The translations under genes and the position numbers were made by a program. Shown piece by piece: positions 18,751-27,689 of a DNA stretch of 61,482 nucleotides. The first letter of the stretch is position 1, and each line of letters begins with the position of its first letter. The stretch lies in the IMG/VR virus record IMGVR_UViG_3300032288_001094, positions 1 through 61,482 of that record; one strand, written 5' to 3'. The notes beneath the pieces are model-generated. The model was given only the letters and a program-made list of their open reading frames with translations, had not been told where the DNA came from and did not search any database. The DNA comes from a virus (Duplodnaviria > Caudoviricetes).

Positions 18751-19662
18751 TTACTCATCATCCCAGTCTGCTGCGAGCTTAGCCAAAGATGACTTGCCTG
18801 CGGCAGGGGGTTCATCCGACTTGCCTTTGCGAACGGTCGGCTCTACGGACTCGTCCTCAGCCTCCGGCGCAGGCTCAGCCTTGGCCTTCTTCGTAGCCTT
18901 GGGCTTGCTGCCCTCCATCGCCAGGGGAGCCGGTGCAGCCACATTGTCCGTCTTGGCTACGGTCATGGTGATGGCACGCTTGGCGTCCTCGGTCTGACCC
19001 TGCTTGACGGCGACTTCGTACTCGCTCTCGTCGAGCCACCGCACAGGCTTGAAGAAGAGCTTGGGCGCTTCGGCCTTGGTGTCGAACTGCATGCGGGTGA
19101 CCATCATCTCAGGGCTTGCCTGATTGGCCACCACGTAGCGGGCGTAGGCTTGCAGCGGGCGCTTGTCGCCTTCCTCCTTGCCGAAGATGGACGTGGCGGG
19201 CAGTTGAAGCTGCATCACGTCGCCTTCGATGTCGTTGGCCAGGACAACGGCCAGACGCTGCGAGAAGCGGCAGGCGCGGGACTCACCCATGCCGGAACCC
19301 TTGACGTTCTGCGGGCAGGTGGCGCAGCGATCTGACTGCTTGTTTGCAGCGTCGGGGCTAGGCGTCTCGCCATCAGCAGACCAGCAGTCAGGGGCGCTCA
19401 CTGCCTCACCGTCGTACGCCTTGGCGTAGAAGGTGCGTCCAATCTTGGGAGCGGCGTTGACGATCACCACATCGAGGTAGCGCTCATCAATCGCAGCGAC
19501 CTCCTTGCCACCAACGAGCAGGCGGAACACGCCACCCTTGATGGAGATGCGCTTGCCGCCACCACCGGCACCACCGGCGAGGGACTTGGCGATGTCGGAC
19601 AGTTCGCCTTTCTTGGCGAAGGCGGGGACGTTGGAACCAGAAAAGAGAGCGATGTTGCTCAA
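18751..19662 (-). CDS. Putative single-stranded DNA-binding/annealing protein
   Basis: 303 aa; conserved Cys cluster (PDCWS, CATCPQN, RACR); acidic-aromatic tail ADWDDE; sits in the replication module. Confidence 0.6.
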   Translation of the reverse strand: MSNIALFSGSNVPAFAKKGELSDIAKSLAGGAGGGGKRISIKGGVFRLLVGGKEVAAIDERYLDVVIVNAAPKIGRTFYAKAYDGEAVSAPDCWSADGETPSPDAANKQSDRCATCPQNVKGSGMGESRACRFSQRLAVVLANDIEGDVMQLQLPATSIFGKEEGDKRPLQAYARYVVANQASPEMMVTRMQFDTKAEAPKLFFKPVRWLDESEYEVAVKQGQTEDAKRAITMTVAKTDNVAAPAPLAMEGSKPKATKKAKAEPAPEAEDESVEPTVRKGKSDEPPAAGKSSLAKLAADWDDE

Positions 19663-19673
19663 GATGTTTCTCC

Positions 19674-20063
19674 TTAGCGGGGCTTGGTCACAGAAATATC
19701 GAACTCAGACGTGCTGCTGAGTCCAGGGGGATGCAGGTCAGGGTTCTCTTCCAAGAACGTCTGCATGTTGGTTTGCGCGATGCGCTTCTCCAAGAGGTCA
19801 ACGGCGTCGTGCTCGACGACGAACTTCTTGAAGCTGTCCCAGTCCTGGGTGTAGAACCGGGTCTTCTCCTTGAGCGTGATCGTGCCGAACTCGGTGCGGG
19901 CAGACTTGGTGCCGAGCGCCATCATCTGATCCTTCATGGCGTTCTTCACGTCCTGCTGCTGAGCCTTGATCGTTTCGATCTGCTTGTCGAGGTCTTGGAT
20001 GGCCACGCGCATCTTCACGTAGATGCGGGCCAACTTGTCGAGTGGAATGGTGTCGTCTGTCAC
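19674..20063 (-). CDS. Conserved coiled-coil phage replication-module protein
   Basis: GTG at 20063 with AGGAG SD; DWDSFKKFV...LLEKRI...PPG pattern. Confidence 0.65.
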   Translation of the reverse strand: MTDDTIPLDKLARIYVKMRVAIQDLDKQIETIKAQQQDVKNAMKDQMMALGTKSARTEFGTITLKEKTRFYTQDWDSFKKFVVEHDAVDLLEKRIAQTNMQTFLEENPDLHPPGLSSTSEFDISVTKPR

Positions 20064-20081
20064 TTGTTTCTCCTGTTGTTG

Positions 20082-20117
20082 TGTCAAAGAGTATACATTG
20101 TCCAGTCAGGTCTACAA
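20082..20117 (-). promoter_or_regulatory. Sigma70-like promoter overlapped by a TGTCNA-N4-TNGACA-like site
   Basis: Minus TTGTAG-16-TATACT; plus tgtcaa-agag-tataca at 20082-20097. Confidence 0.5.
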
Positions 20118-21680
20118 CCCCCTTTCTTTGATTTCGCTGTTGAACAGGCTCACGAGCATGGCGTTGTCGTCCACCTTCTCCGTGAGCGCCTTGAACATCT
20201 TCTTCTCCACGGGTGAACCCTCGATGTGGATCACCGTCACCTTGTCCGAGTCCTGGCCTTTGCGGTCTGCGCGAGCCACGCACTGGGTGTACTGCTCGAC
20301 GCTCATCAGCGGGCCATAGAAGATCACCGTGTCGGCAGCGGTCAGCGTGATGCCATGCGCCGTAGCCTGCGGCTGCATGACGAGCACCCTCGGGTTGGGT
20401 TGCGTCTGGAAGCGCTTGATGATGTCGCCGCGCTTGGTGGCCGTCACGCCGCCGTGAATCTGCTCATTGGCAACACCGTTCTTGTTCAAGAAGTCGCTGA
20501 TGGTGTCGATGGCTGAGCGGAACAGCGCGAAGATGATCACCTTCCTCTCCGTTTGATCAAGCGCTTCCATCAGCACGTTCAGGCGCGGGGTGGCGTCGAA
20601 CTCGACGGTCTCCTTGGTGTCGGTGTAGGCCACACCTGCGCTGATCTGCAGCAGCTTGTTCAAGGCAGCAGCGGCGTTGACTGCGGTGATCGTCTCTCCT
20701 GCAGCCATGACAAGCATCTGGGTCTTGAGCAGGTTGTAGTACTTGGCCTGCTGCGGCGTGAGCGGTACCTCGCGGGTGGTCGTCAGCACCGGGGGTAGGT
20801 CGAGACACTGGGCTTTGGTGTAGCGGATCGCCGGTTGCAGCGCCTCGTGCACCTTCTCGGCAGCGTCGGCCTTGGGCGCCCACTTGAACATGGTGATCTT
20901 GTTCATCACCGCGTCGCGCCATGCCGTGTAGAACTTGGGCACGTTGTTCGGGTTGACGAGCTTGGCCAGACCGTACGCATCCACCGGGGACTGCGATGCA
21001 GGTGTGCCGGTCATCATCCACAGGTACGTGTCGGGTGTGAGGATGGAAGCAAGCGCCTTCCACCGCTTGGTCTGCGGGTTCTTGTAGGCATTGGCTTCGT
21101 CCACGATGATCAGGTCGAACCGGCCATCGTTCTTCACCTCGTTGGCGATCAGCGCCAGCCCCTCGTAGTTGACGATCACGAACTCGTAGTTCTCTTGGAT
21201 CAACTCGATGCGCCGTGCAGCCTGCGGGTGGTGCGCCACCACCGCGCTGCGGTGGATCACGCTGTTGCCCAGGTCTTGCATCCATGCACTGTGCATGATC
21301 GACAGCGGGCATAGGATCAGGCAGCGTCGAACCTCACCGCGCTTCATCAGGTAGTCAGCCGCCCACAGAGCAGAGAGCGTCTTGCCGGTGCCGGGTTCGG
21401 ACAGGACAAAGGCGCGGCGGTTGAGTGTGAGGAAGGAGGCTGTCTCCTTCTGGTGGGCCATCGGCTTGAAGCGCCCAGGCCAGTCGTAGCGTCCGAAGAT
21501 CGGCGAGGGTACGTTCTTCACCCCCAGGTTCTTGAGCACGCGCACTTCATCCAGACCCCAGTAGACGGCCACGTCGTAGCCTCCACCAGGGCGAGGAATC
21601 GCCTTGCTCTTCGGGATCAGGGAATACCTGTCCGGGCTGCGCGTCTTGAAGATGAGCAGCTTGTTGTCGATGACTTCCAT
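20112..21680 (-). CDS. SNF2-family (SF2) helicase
   Basis: EPGTGKT, IIVDEA, MTGTP, HGITLT, QCVARADRKGQ motifs. Confidence 0.9.
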   Translation of the reverse strand: MEVIDNKLLIFKTRSPDRYSLIPKSKAIPRPGGGYDVAVYWGLDEVRVLKNLGVKNVPSPIFGRYDWPGRFKPMAHQKETASFLTLNRRAFVLSEPGTGKTLSALWAADYLMKRGEVRRCLILCPLSIMHSAWMQDLGNSVIHRSAVVAHHPQAARRIELIQENYEFVIVNYEGLALIANEVKNDGRFDLIIVDEANAYKNPQTKRWKALASILTPDTYLWMMTGTPASQSPVDAYGLAKLVNPNNVPKFYTAWRDAVMNKITMFKWAPKADAAEKVHEALQPAIRYTKAQCLDLPPVLTTTREVPLTPQQAKYYNLLKTQMLVMAAGETITAVNAAAALNKLLQISAGVAYTDTKETVEFDATPRLNVLMEALDQTERKVIIFALFRSAIDTISDFLNKNGVANEQIHGGVTATKRGDIIKRFQTQPNPRVLVMQPQATAHGITLTAADTVIFYGPLMSVEQYTQCVARADRKGQDSDKVTVIHIEGSPVEKKMFKALTEKVDDNAMLVSLFNSEIKERGL

Positions 21681-21687
21681 GTTTCTC

Positions 21688-21918
21688 CTACTTGTTGTCG
21701 GCGCGGTTGGCGCTCTTGCTTCTCATACGCAGGTTGCTCTTGGCGGAGGTACCACCGCTGCGCATAGGCTTGATGTGGTCTACATCCTTGCCGTCACCTT
21801 TTTGGGCAGCGCCCGACTTCTCCATCAAGCGTCGAGCCTTGACGCGCTCAGCACGCTTCTTGATCTGCTCGGGTGTGCCTTGGTAGTTGTCGTATTCAGA
21901 GCGGTAGTTCCTTGCCAT
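21688..21918 (-). CDS. Small HNH-family protein
   Basis: Start MARNYRSEY with AGGAG SD; GDGKDVDH...SNLR...N motif. Confidence 0.75.
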   Translation of the reverse strand: MARNYRSEYDNYQGTPEQIKKRAERVKARRLMEKSGAAQKGDGKDVDHIKPMRSGGTSAKSNLRMRSKSANRADNK

Positions 21919-21926
21919 GATTGCTC

Positions 21927-22592
21927 CTAATGCTTGGGGTTGAACGTGCAAGTGGTGACGGGGCACCAACCGCACAGTGGTGACTGAGACGGGTTCCACA
22001 CATCGGTGGCGTGCGCTGTCTCCAACTTGGCCACGCGCTCCTTGTAGCGCCACCATGCTTCATCGGCCTCACCGCGCAGCATGGCGTGGGTGGTCATCGT
22101 TTCCTTGACCAAGAAGAACAGCGCCGACTTGACCTGCCTGATATGGGGGAAGTGGGTGAAGACCATCAGCGACATCAGAACAAGCTGATCCTTGTCCGGG
22201 TACTTGTTGTTACCTGTTTTCCAGTCAACCACCTTGGCCGACAGGTTGTCATCGTCGATGATCAGCAGATCGGCAATGCCGCGCACCCACCGGTTGGGAT
22301 CGTTGAAGCCGCAAGGCTGCAGGTCACGCGTCACACCCATCTCGTGCTCGAACAGCTTGCGTCCGGGCTTGTTGAGTACTGCATCCACTACCGGCTTGAA
22401 CTGCGCGTACTTCTCAGGGATGGGCGTGCCCTCCTTGCCATAGTCCTCGATGGCCTTGTGCACATCCTTGCCGTAGATGGTGTGCGTCGTCTCTTGGAAC
22501 GGGTAGTTCCGCAAGACCTTGACCTCGTGGTAGCGGCGAGCGCAGCCCTCAAAATCCTTGAGGCCGCTGTGTGACCATGTAACGCTTGTCAT
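21927..22592 (-). CDS. PD-(D/E)XK Cas4-like exonuclease
   Basis: WSHS...C, RGIADL...VVDWKTG, C-terminal CGWCP...C. Confidence 0.85.
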   Translation of the reverse strand: MTSVTWSHSGLKDFEGCARRYHEVKVLRNYPFQETTHTIYGKDVHKAIEDYGKEGTPIPEKYAQFKPVVDAVLNKPGRKLFEHEMGVTRDLQPCGFNDPNRWVRGIADLLIIDDDNLSAKVVDWKTGNNKYPDKDQLVLMSLMVFTHFPHIRQVKSALFFLVKETMTTHAMLRGEADEAWWRYKERVAKLETAHATDVWNPSQSPLCGWCPVTTCTFNPKH

Positions 22593-22909
22593 TTGAACTT
22601 CGCTGATTGAATGGCTTTGGCTAGATGCATGGCGAACTCATGCACGAACCTCTCGTTGCGATACAGCGGGCTGTTCATCTCGTAGAGAAGGGCGTGCACC
22701 AACTCGTGCCAGAAGGTCTCACTCATCTGGATGTCGGTGTACTTGCGACCATCGGCGTGGTTTGCTTGGCCAATCTGTATGCGACCGGCGTCGTACCAAA
22801 CACACCCGCGCTCACGCGCACGCTGCATCGACTGGATGATGTCCACCGAGTACATCTTGTCCCCTACCTTGATGCGGCGGGGGATGGGTGGGGCTTGTTT
22901 GCTTGTCAT
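22589..22909 (-). CDS. Small HExxH metallopeptidase-like protein
   Basis: TFWHELVHALL plus downstream NE. Confidence 0.65.
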   Translation of the reverse strand: MTSKQAPPIPRRIKVGDKMYSVDIIQSMQRARERGCVWYDAGRIQIGQANHADGRKYTDIQMSETFWHELVHALLYEMNSPLYRNERFVHEFAMHLAKAIQSAKFK

Positions 22910-22931
22910 CGTTTCTCCTTCGTTGTGTTGG

Positions 22932-24908
22932 TCATCCCTTGGCTAATCCGTAGCGCCTGTTGTAGCCCACATCGGTCTTGAGTGGCAGACCGGGCAGGTA
23001 CGGTACAGGCGCGACCATCTGCGCGAATATCCAAGTCTTCGCGTCTTCTGCTTCTTCCTCTGGCACCACGGCAATCAGTTCATCATGCACCGTGCCTGCC
23101 ACAGGGTACTTCTTCGCAACCCTGAGCATGCCGTCGGTCATGACGCACCGCGCCGTGCCCTGGACAATGTTGTTGGTGACCTTGCCGCCGTACAGACTGA
23201 CGCGCTTGTTGCCGTCAGCGTACGTCCATACGACCTTGCCACCATCGCCCTTGTCCGGGCGGAGATCAGGATACCGCATCGCCATACCACTTGGCAAGAT
23301 GATCTGCTCCTTGCGGAACGTGATGCACTTGTGCTTGTACTCCTTGCCCCGGTACAGGCTATGGTCGATGAGTTCCTGGCACAGGTTCCAGAACGCCACC
23401 ACCTGCTCAGACGCGGCGCGGTACTTGTCGATGATGGCCTTGGCTGCGAGGCAGTGGATGAGTAGCTCCTTGCTTGTGCAGGTGTGGGGAATCTGCTCCA
23501 TGCGCTTGATGTTGTCCTCCCATGATAGGAAGCGGTCTACATCGGCAACCGTCACGCCCAGGGTCTTGGCATCCTCTTTGGTGTAGCGCACGGGGGGTGC
23601 GCCCAGGAACCCGGTGAGAAGCTGCGCAGCGAACGACGCCCAACCCAACTGGTAGCCTGCACCCAGTAGCGCGGACTTGGCGGACTGTCTCTCTACTGGG
23701 TGGCTGTCTTTGGTCATGCCGGGGATGTTGAACATCTGTGCGCCGAAGGCGGCATACGGGTCACCACCGGCACGGAACACGTCTAGTAGAGCCTCGTTAT
23801 CCGAAAGAACCGCAAGGACGCGGGGCTCGATTTGCGAAAGGTCACCAGCAACCAGTACGTGCCCTTGCGGGGCCATGATGGAGTTTCGGAGGAAGCTGCC
23901 ACGTTTCAAGTTCTGCATGTTGATGGCGCTGCCTTTGCTCGCCGTCCACCGGCCAGTGCCTGCGCCGAAGTAACTCAGCGGTACCGGTAACCGGCCACGA
24001 AATGCGATGTCCAGAAAACGCTGCGCTCGCGTACGCTCGCTTGTTGACTTGACCTTGAGTCGGGCCTCGCAGAGGAGTGCAACGTCGTCCCTGTCCCCGT
24101 TGATAAGCGACTGGAATAGCGCATCGTTCTTAGCAAGCGCATAAGTTTCTTTACCTGTCGTCTTGCTAATCTTCGTTGGCGGCTCCACGCCAAGCCCTCG
24201 GAGCGCTTGAGCAAACTGTTCGTTTGAAGCAAGCGAAGCCTCATCCACGCCGAGCCTCTGTAGTAGTCCTTCACGGGCGTTCCTTTCGTCTTCGATGGCC
24301 TCAGCCAACATCACCCGGTCGAGTTCCAACAAGGGGCGGGTGTACATCTTGAGTGTCATGTCGATGAGGCGCAACTCCTTGGCGGGGTAGCCTGGAAGCA
24401 AGCGATCAAAGATGCCCTCGCACAACACCACGTCATGCTTGCAGTACTCGGCCAGTTCTGTCTCCACCTCGAAGGAGATCGACTCCAACATCCCGTCCGT
24501 GCTGTGCACCGCTTGGCCCTTGGGCGGTAGCTCAAAGTCCTCAGCGAGTTTGGCCAGACTGTTGCCCACTTCAATGCCGCGCAGTGCACGCGCCATACTC
24601 AGGGTGTCGAAGATGAAGCAGGGCTGCGCTCCGTAGCGCCAGGACAGGATGGTCACGTCGAACTGCGCGTTGTGCGCCAGTACCGCCGTTGTAGACCAGT
24701 CAATGCCATCCACCCAGGCTTGGATGTCCTTGCCTCGTACCCACACAGGGCGGGCGTCTTCGCCCACTTCCTTCCAACACAGGCCCCACGCCTTGAAGCG
24801 CGGGTCGCGTACGTACTCTTCCGTGGTCATCTTGGAGAGGGTGTATTCCCGTCTGTCCCACGCTGTTTCAAAATCTACTACAAGCACCCTCTTGAAAGGT
24901 AAGCTCAA
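22932..24908 (-). CDS. polA: Family A DNA polymerase with 3'-5' exonuclease
   Basis: VDFET, AHNAQFD, YCKHD exonuclease motifs; TGRW, DLSQIEPR (A), RQSAKSALLGAGY (B), TVHDE (C). Confidence 0.93.
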   Translation of the reverse strand: MSLPFKRVLVVDFETAWDRREYTLSKMTTEEYVRDPRFKAWGLCWKEVGEDARPVWVRGKDIQAWVDGIDWSTTAVLAHNAQFDVTILSWRYGAQPCFIFDTLSMARALRGIEVGNSLAKLAEDFELPPKGQAVHSTDGMLESISFEVETELAEYCKHDVVLCEGIFDRLLPGYPAKELRLIDMTLKMYTRPLLELDRVMLAEAIEDERNAREGLLQRLGVDEASLASNEQFAQALRGLGVEPPTKISKTTGKETYALAKNDALFQSLINGDRDDVALLCEARLKVKSTSERTRAQRFLDIAFRGRLPVPLSYFGAGTGRWTASKGSAINMQNLKRGSFLRNSIMAPQGHVLVAGDLSQIEPRVLAVLSDNEALLDVFRAGGDPYAAFGAQMFNIPGMTKDSHPVERQSAKSALLGAGYQLGWASFAAQLLTGFLGAPPVRYTKEDAKTLGVTVADVDRFLSWEDNIKRMEQIPHTCTSKELLIHCLAAKAIIDKYRAASEQVVAFWNLCQELIDHSLYRGKEYKHKCITFRKEQIILPSGMAMRYPDLRPDKGDGGKVVWTYADGNKRVSLYGGKVTNNIVQGTARCVMTDGMLRVAKKYPVAGTVHDELIAVVPEEEAEDAKTWIFAQMVAPVPYLPGLPLKTDVGYNRRYGLAKG

Positions 24909-25183
24909 TGTTTGATCTCCTCATCGTTGCACTTGATGGTGTCCGCGAATACTTCTGCTGATGCGTGGACGATAGATGCGGCCTCAAGAAAGTTGGCGTT
25001 CAGTCCCAACGTGGTGAGATACCCGTCAGCGCTGGCCACCACCAACACGCCTTGCGTGTCCTCTTCGACGAACGTGCGCAGCATCAGCTTGATCGCCTTG
25101 ATCAACGCCTTCTGCTGATCCTGCGGCATCGCAGCGATCTGCGAGTCCATCTTGGCGTAGTACGCCTTGTCGTCGTCATTCAT
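24905..25183 (-). CDS. Hypothetical protein
   Basis: ORF coupled to both neighbours; likely start MNDDDK after AGGAG. Confidence 0.6.
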   Translation of the reverse strand: MNDDDKAYYAKMDSQIAAMPQDQQKALIKAIKLMLRTFVEEDTQGVLVVASADGYLTTLGLNANFLEAASIVHASAEVFADTIKCNDEEIKH

Positions 25184-25478
25184 TACTTCTCCTAGCATGT
25201 AGCCACTCCTGTAGTTGGTTGATGTTGTCTTCGTTGATCACGAAGGTCGTGCCCCCTGCGGCTCTTATCTTGGCCATCTCTGCTTCTTGTAGGGCTGTGG
25301 TTTTCCCTTTGCCTGCCTTGGCTTCCACCGAGAAGAAGTGTCCGCTGATGCAGCACAGGAAGTCGGGCACACCTGCGTGGCCGTAGCCGCTGCCGATGGG
25401 CATGGCGTAGTAAGCGCCGTGCTTCTCCAGGATCGCCTTGATCTTGTCCTTGACCTTCCGTTCGGGTGTTGCGGCCAT
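25176..25478 (-). CDS. VRR-NUC domain nuclease (resolvase-like)
   Basis: TPERKVK...GVPDFL...VEAKAG...LQ motif; AGGAG SD. Confidence 0.85.
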   Translation of the reverse strand: MAATPERKVKDKIKAILEKHGAYYAMPIGSGYGHAGVPDFLCCISGHFFSVEAKAGKGKTTALQEAEMAKIRAAGGTTFVINEDNINQLQEWLHARRSNE

Positions 25479-25498
25479 GTGTACTCCTGTGTTGGGGT

Positions 25499-25648
25499 GA
25501 GGGGGTGATGCAGATTCCTAGCCCCCTCGGTCTAGGTTAAGGAGGTGCCTGCGCAGCCTACATTCTTGGGCGGCACTGCGCAGGCGGCAATGGTGAGTCG
25601 CATCTGCAAGGCTTGTCACTGTTACCTAATCATGCAGCCGCCGTTAGG
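25499..25648 (-). ncRNA. Candidate multiply pseudoknotted structured RNA, family unknown
   Basis: Intergenic 165 bp with six complementary helices, two of them crossing; see findings. Confidence 0.55.
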
Positions 25649-25940
25649 ATTTCTTTGCTTCTTCTACTTCGATCAGCTTGTCGATGTAGTGCCGCGCCTT
25701 CTTGAGGTCTTGGATGCCGCCCTTCAAGCGCCATCGTGAGAGGTACTTGACGGCGTTGCCGTCCAAGTAGCCAAGATTCCAGTCAAGGATAACGTCCCAG
25801 GTTTCGTACTGGTGCGCTTTGTAGTGGGCGCCACCTTCTTGACGAGCGTTTGCTCCTCCTTGTGTGGATTGGTGTGCAGGTTGAAGCGAAGGTCTTGCGC
25901 TGTCCCCTTCGTCGTAAACCGAAACGTGCACGTCTGACAC
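25644..25940 (-). CDS. DUF3310 (SaV-like) protein; start uncertain
   Basis: GGAHY...GNAVKYLSRW..KGGIQDLKKARHYI. Confidence 0.8.
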   Translation of the reverse strand: MSDVHVSVYDEGDSARPSLQPAHQSTQGGANARQEGGAHYKAHQYETWDVILDWNLGYLDGNAVKYLSRWRLKGGIQDLKKARHYIDKLIEVEEAKKS

Positions 25941-26023
25941 TCGTATCTCCTTCGTTTTAGTCCACCAGTTGTGGTTCGGGTTTCAAGGGTTCGGCTACTG
26001 GCGCCGCACTCGGGGCACTGCAT
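25724..26023 (-). CDS. NrdR-N-like zinc-ribbon protein
   Basis: MQCPECG...ETR...RRRYECQTCTFRFTT. Confidence 0.7.
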   Translation of the reverse strand: MQCPECGASSRTLETRTTTGGLKRRRYECQTCTFRFTTKGTAQDLRFNLHTNPHKEEQTLVKKVAPTTKRTSTKPGTLSLTGILATWTATPSSTSHDGA

Positions 26024-26376
26024 CTCAACAACTCCATGATCTTTATCTGCCGCTGCTTGGTGCGGTATGCGGCCTGCTTCTCTGCATCAGATTTACGCTG
26101 CCGCTTGGCGTCTCGCCCCGCACCGAGTTTGTAAATCTTAGCCACATCACACCCGCGCCGGTCTTTCTCCCACCCGCTGATGTGGGCAGCGCCTGCGCGA
26201 TGGAGTTCGCGTGTGTATTGGAGTACGGTCACGTAGTGAAGGCCCGTCTCGGTGGCCAGTTCTTGGCAGGTGTAGGTGCCTTCGAGGAGGAGCTTTATAA
26301 GGTGTGCCTGCGTGATGGCGTTGATCTTGATCTGGCGCTTACCCTTTTGGCTTGGCGGCGTTGGCTTGTATGGCAT
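25957..26376 (-). CDS. Winged-HTH DNA-binding protein
   Basis: TCQELATETGLHYVTVLQYTREL...HISGW. Confidence 0.6.
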   Translation of the reverse strand: MPYKPTPPSQKGKRQIKINAITQAHLIKLLLEGTYTCQELATETGLHYVTVLQYTRELHRAGAAHISGWEKDRRGCDVAKIYKLGAGRDAKRQRKSDAEKQAAYRTKQRQIKIMELLRCSAPSAAPVAEPLKPEPQLVD

Positions 26377-26595
26377 TCAGTTGTTCCTGTAGTTGCTTGA
26401 TCTTCTCGTACGCGCACACGTAGTGCTCCGGCCCCCACGACCAGCAGTCATGCGTGTGGCTTTCGATTTGATTGATGTAGTTGTTTATATCCTTGGCGAG
26501 TCTGTCCCCATCTGGCGTGGTGCGCCCGTCAGGGGTCACGGTGTCTACCCGGCGCAGCAGTTCATGGCAGCGCATCAGTAGGGTGATGTGGTTCA
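26339..26595 (-). CDS. Hypothetical protein
   Basis: Likely start MNHIT; HTHDCWSWGPEHYVCA motif. Confidence 0.5.
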
Positions 26596-26822
26596 TTTCT
26601 TTTCCTTCTCCCATTCGCCGCGCGAGTCCCATCCGGCCTCGTGCCCTTTAGTCCATGCAATAGACCAAGCAATGCACCACAGGTCGTAGGAACCATCGAG
26701 CGGGAACTTGCATCCCTCGACCTTCTTCATCATCGCCTTCATGTCTTTGCGCTTGATGATCCGCTCCCACGCCTTGTCTCGGTCGGGGTTGTGGATGGGT
26801 ACGTCATCGAACAAACCTTTTC

Positions 26823-27122
26823 TCATTTCGTTCCCCTTTCTCTGATTTCTTTGGCGACCCACTCCAAGCCGCCGTCGAGGTCAACGACCAACTGAGCGCA
26901 GGCTTCGCGCTCTCGCTGCGCCGCCACCGCCATCACGTGATCAAGCAAATGCTTGAGATGGCCGGTAAGTGTGATGCGGCCTTGTCCTATCTGATAAATC
27001 TCGTGCTCCACAACAAGGGCGGCGAAGCGTTCAATCCTTGCGGTGAACTCCTCAAAAGAAGCAAGGCCAGTCTGATCAAACCCCGCCTCCCGCGCCATGC
27101 GAATCAGTTCTTCCTTGGTCAT
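26823..27122 (-). CDS. Hypothetical protein (MTKEELIRMAREAG...EREACA type)
   Basis: Pattern familiar from small phage accessory proteins; AGGAG SD. Confidence 0.6.
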   Translation of the reverse strand: MTKEELIRMAREAGFDQTGLASFEEFTARIERFAALVVEHEIYQIGQGRITLTGHLKHLLDHVMAVAAQREREACAQLVVDLDGGLEWVAKEIRERGTK

Positions 27123-27343
27123 GTCTCCTCCTGTTCAATCGGCACATCGCGCCATTCGCCGTGGACTTCCCCGATAGGTATCGGGTCACCGAAGCCCATG
27201 CTGATGGTTCCCATACTGGGCCTCTCCCACCACTGCTGAAGGATGCGTCTTTTTACCGAGCGGAAAACTGATTCGTCCGGGAAGGACTCTACTGGCTCAC
27301 TCACCATGCGCTCCACGAAGCGCAGTCTGTTTGTCGGGGTCAT
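27119..27343 (-). CDS. Hypothetical protein
   Basis: 74 aa, coupled ATGA overlaps, RILQQWW...EWRDVP. Confidence 0.6.
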   Translation of the reverse strand: MTPTNRLRFVERMVSEPVESFPDESVFRSVKRRILQQWWERPSMGTISMGFGDPIPIGEVHGEWRDVPIEQEET

Positions 27344-27573
27344 GTCTTCTCTCCTAGTCGTTCGCGCAGGGCGGTGATGGCGTCATTGACGGCTTGCTCG
27401 TCAATCACTCCGGGGTGATCGGCTTCAGTTTCCAACGCCTCCAACGCCTGCCGCAGCAGGGCGGTGTCGTCTTGGGTGTAGAGGGGTGTATGTGGAGGGC
27501 ACCAGTTGGGAGGCGGCTCATCTTTGTAAACGTCGCCGTCGCTATCCATCCACGCCACCGGCTCATTGCTCAT
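27340..27573 (-). CDS. Hypothetical protein (EPVAWM / LRQALEAL motifs)
   Basis: Start MSNEPVAW overlapping the upstream TGA. Confidence 0.55.
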   Translation of the reverse strand: MSNEPVAWMDSDGDVYKDEPPPNWCPPHTPLYTQDDTALLRQALEALETEADHPGVIDEQAVNDAITALRERLGEKT

Positions 27574-27689
27574 ACCATCCCCCACAAGTAAGTGACCAAC
27601 ACCGCCACCGTTACGAACGGGGCGAGGAACACCACGATCAGGGCAGCAAGCAGCCATGCCGTGGCAAGCCATTCAGTCAGCCATTTCAT
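27570..27689 (-). CDS. 39-aa membrane peptide (not in the ORF track)
   Basis: MKWLTEWLATAWLLAALIVVFLAPFVTVAVLVTYLWGMV; ATGA-coupled at both ends, GGAG SD. Confidence 0.55.
   Translation of the reverse strand: MKWLTEWLATAWLLAALIVVFLAPFVTVAVLVTYLWGMV

Noticed and set aside
21927-22592. Cas4 as part of a CRISPR system
   Set aside because: Stand-alone Cas4-like nucleases are routine in phage replication modules; no other cas genes or array
25600-25648. Twister ribozyme (UAA...GGCU and GUGACAAGCC words on the minus strand)
   Set aside because: I could not build twister P2/P4 followed by the conserved GAG; kept only as an unassigned structured RNA
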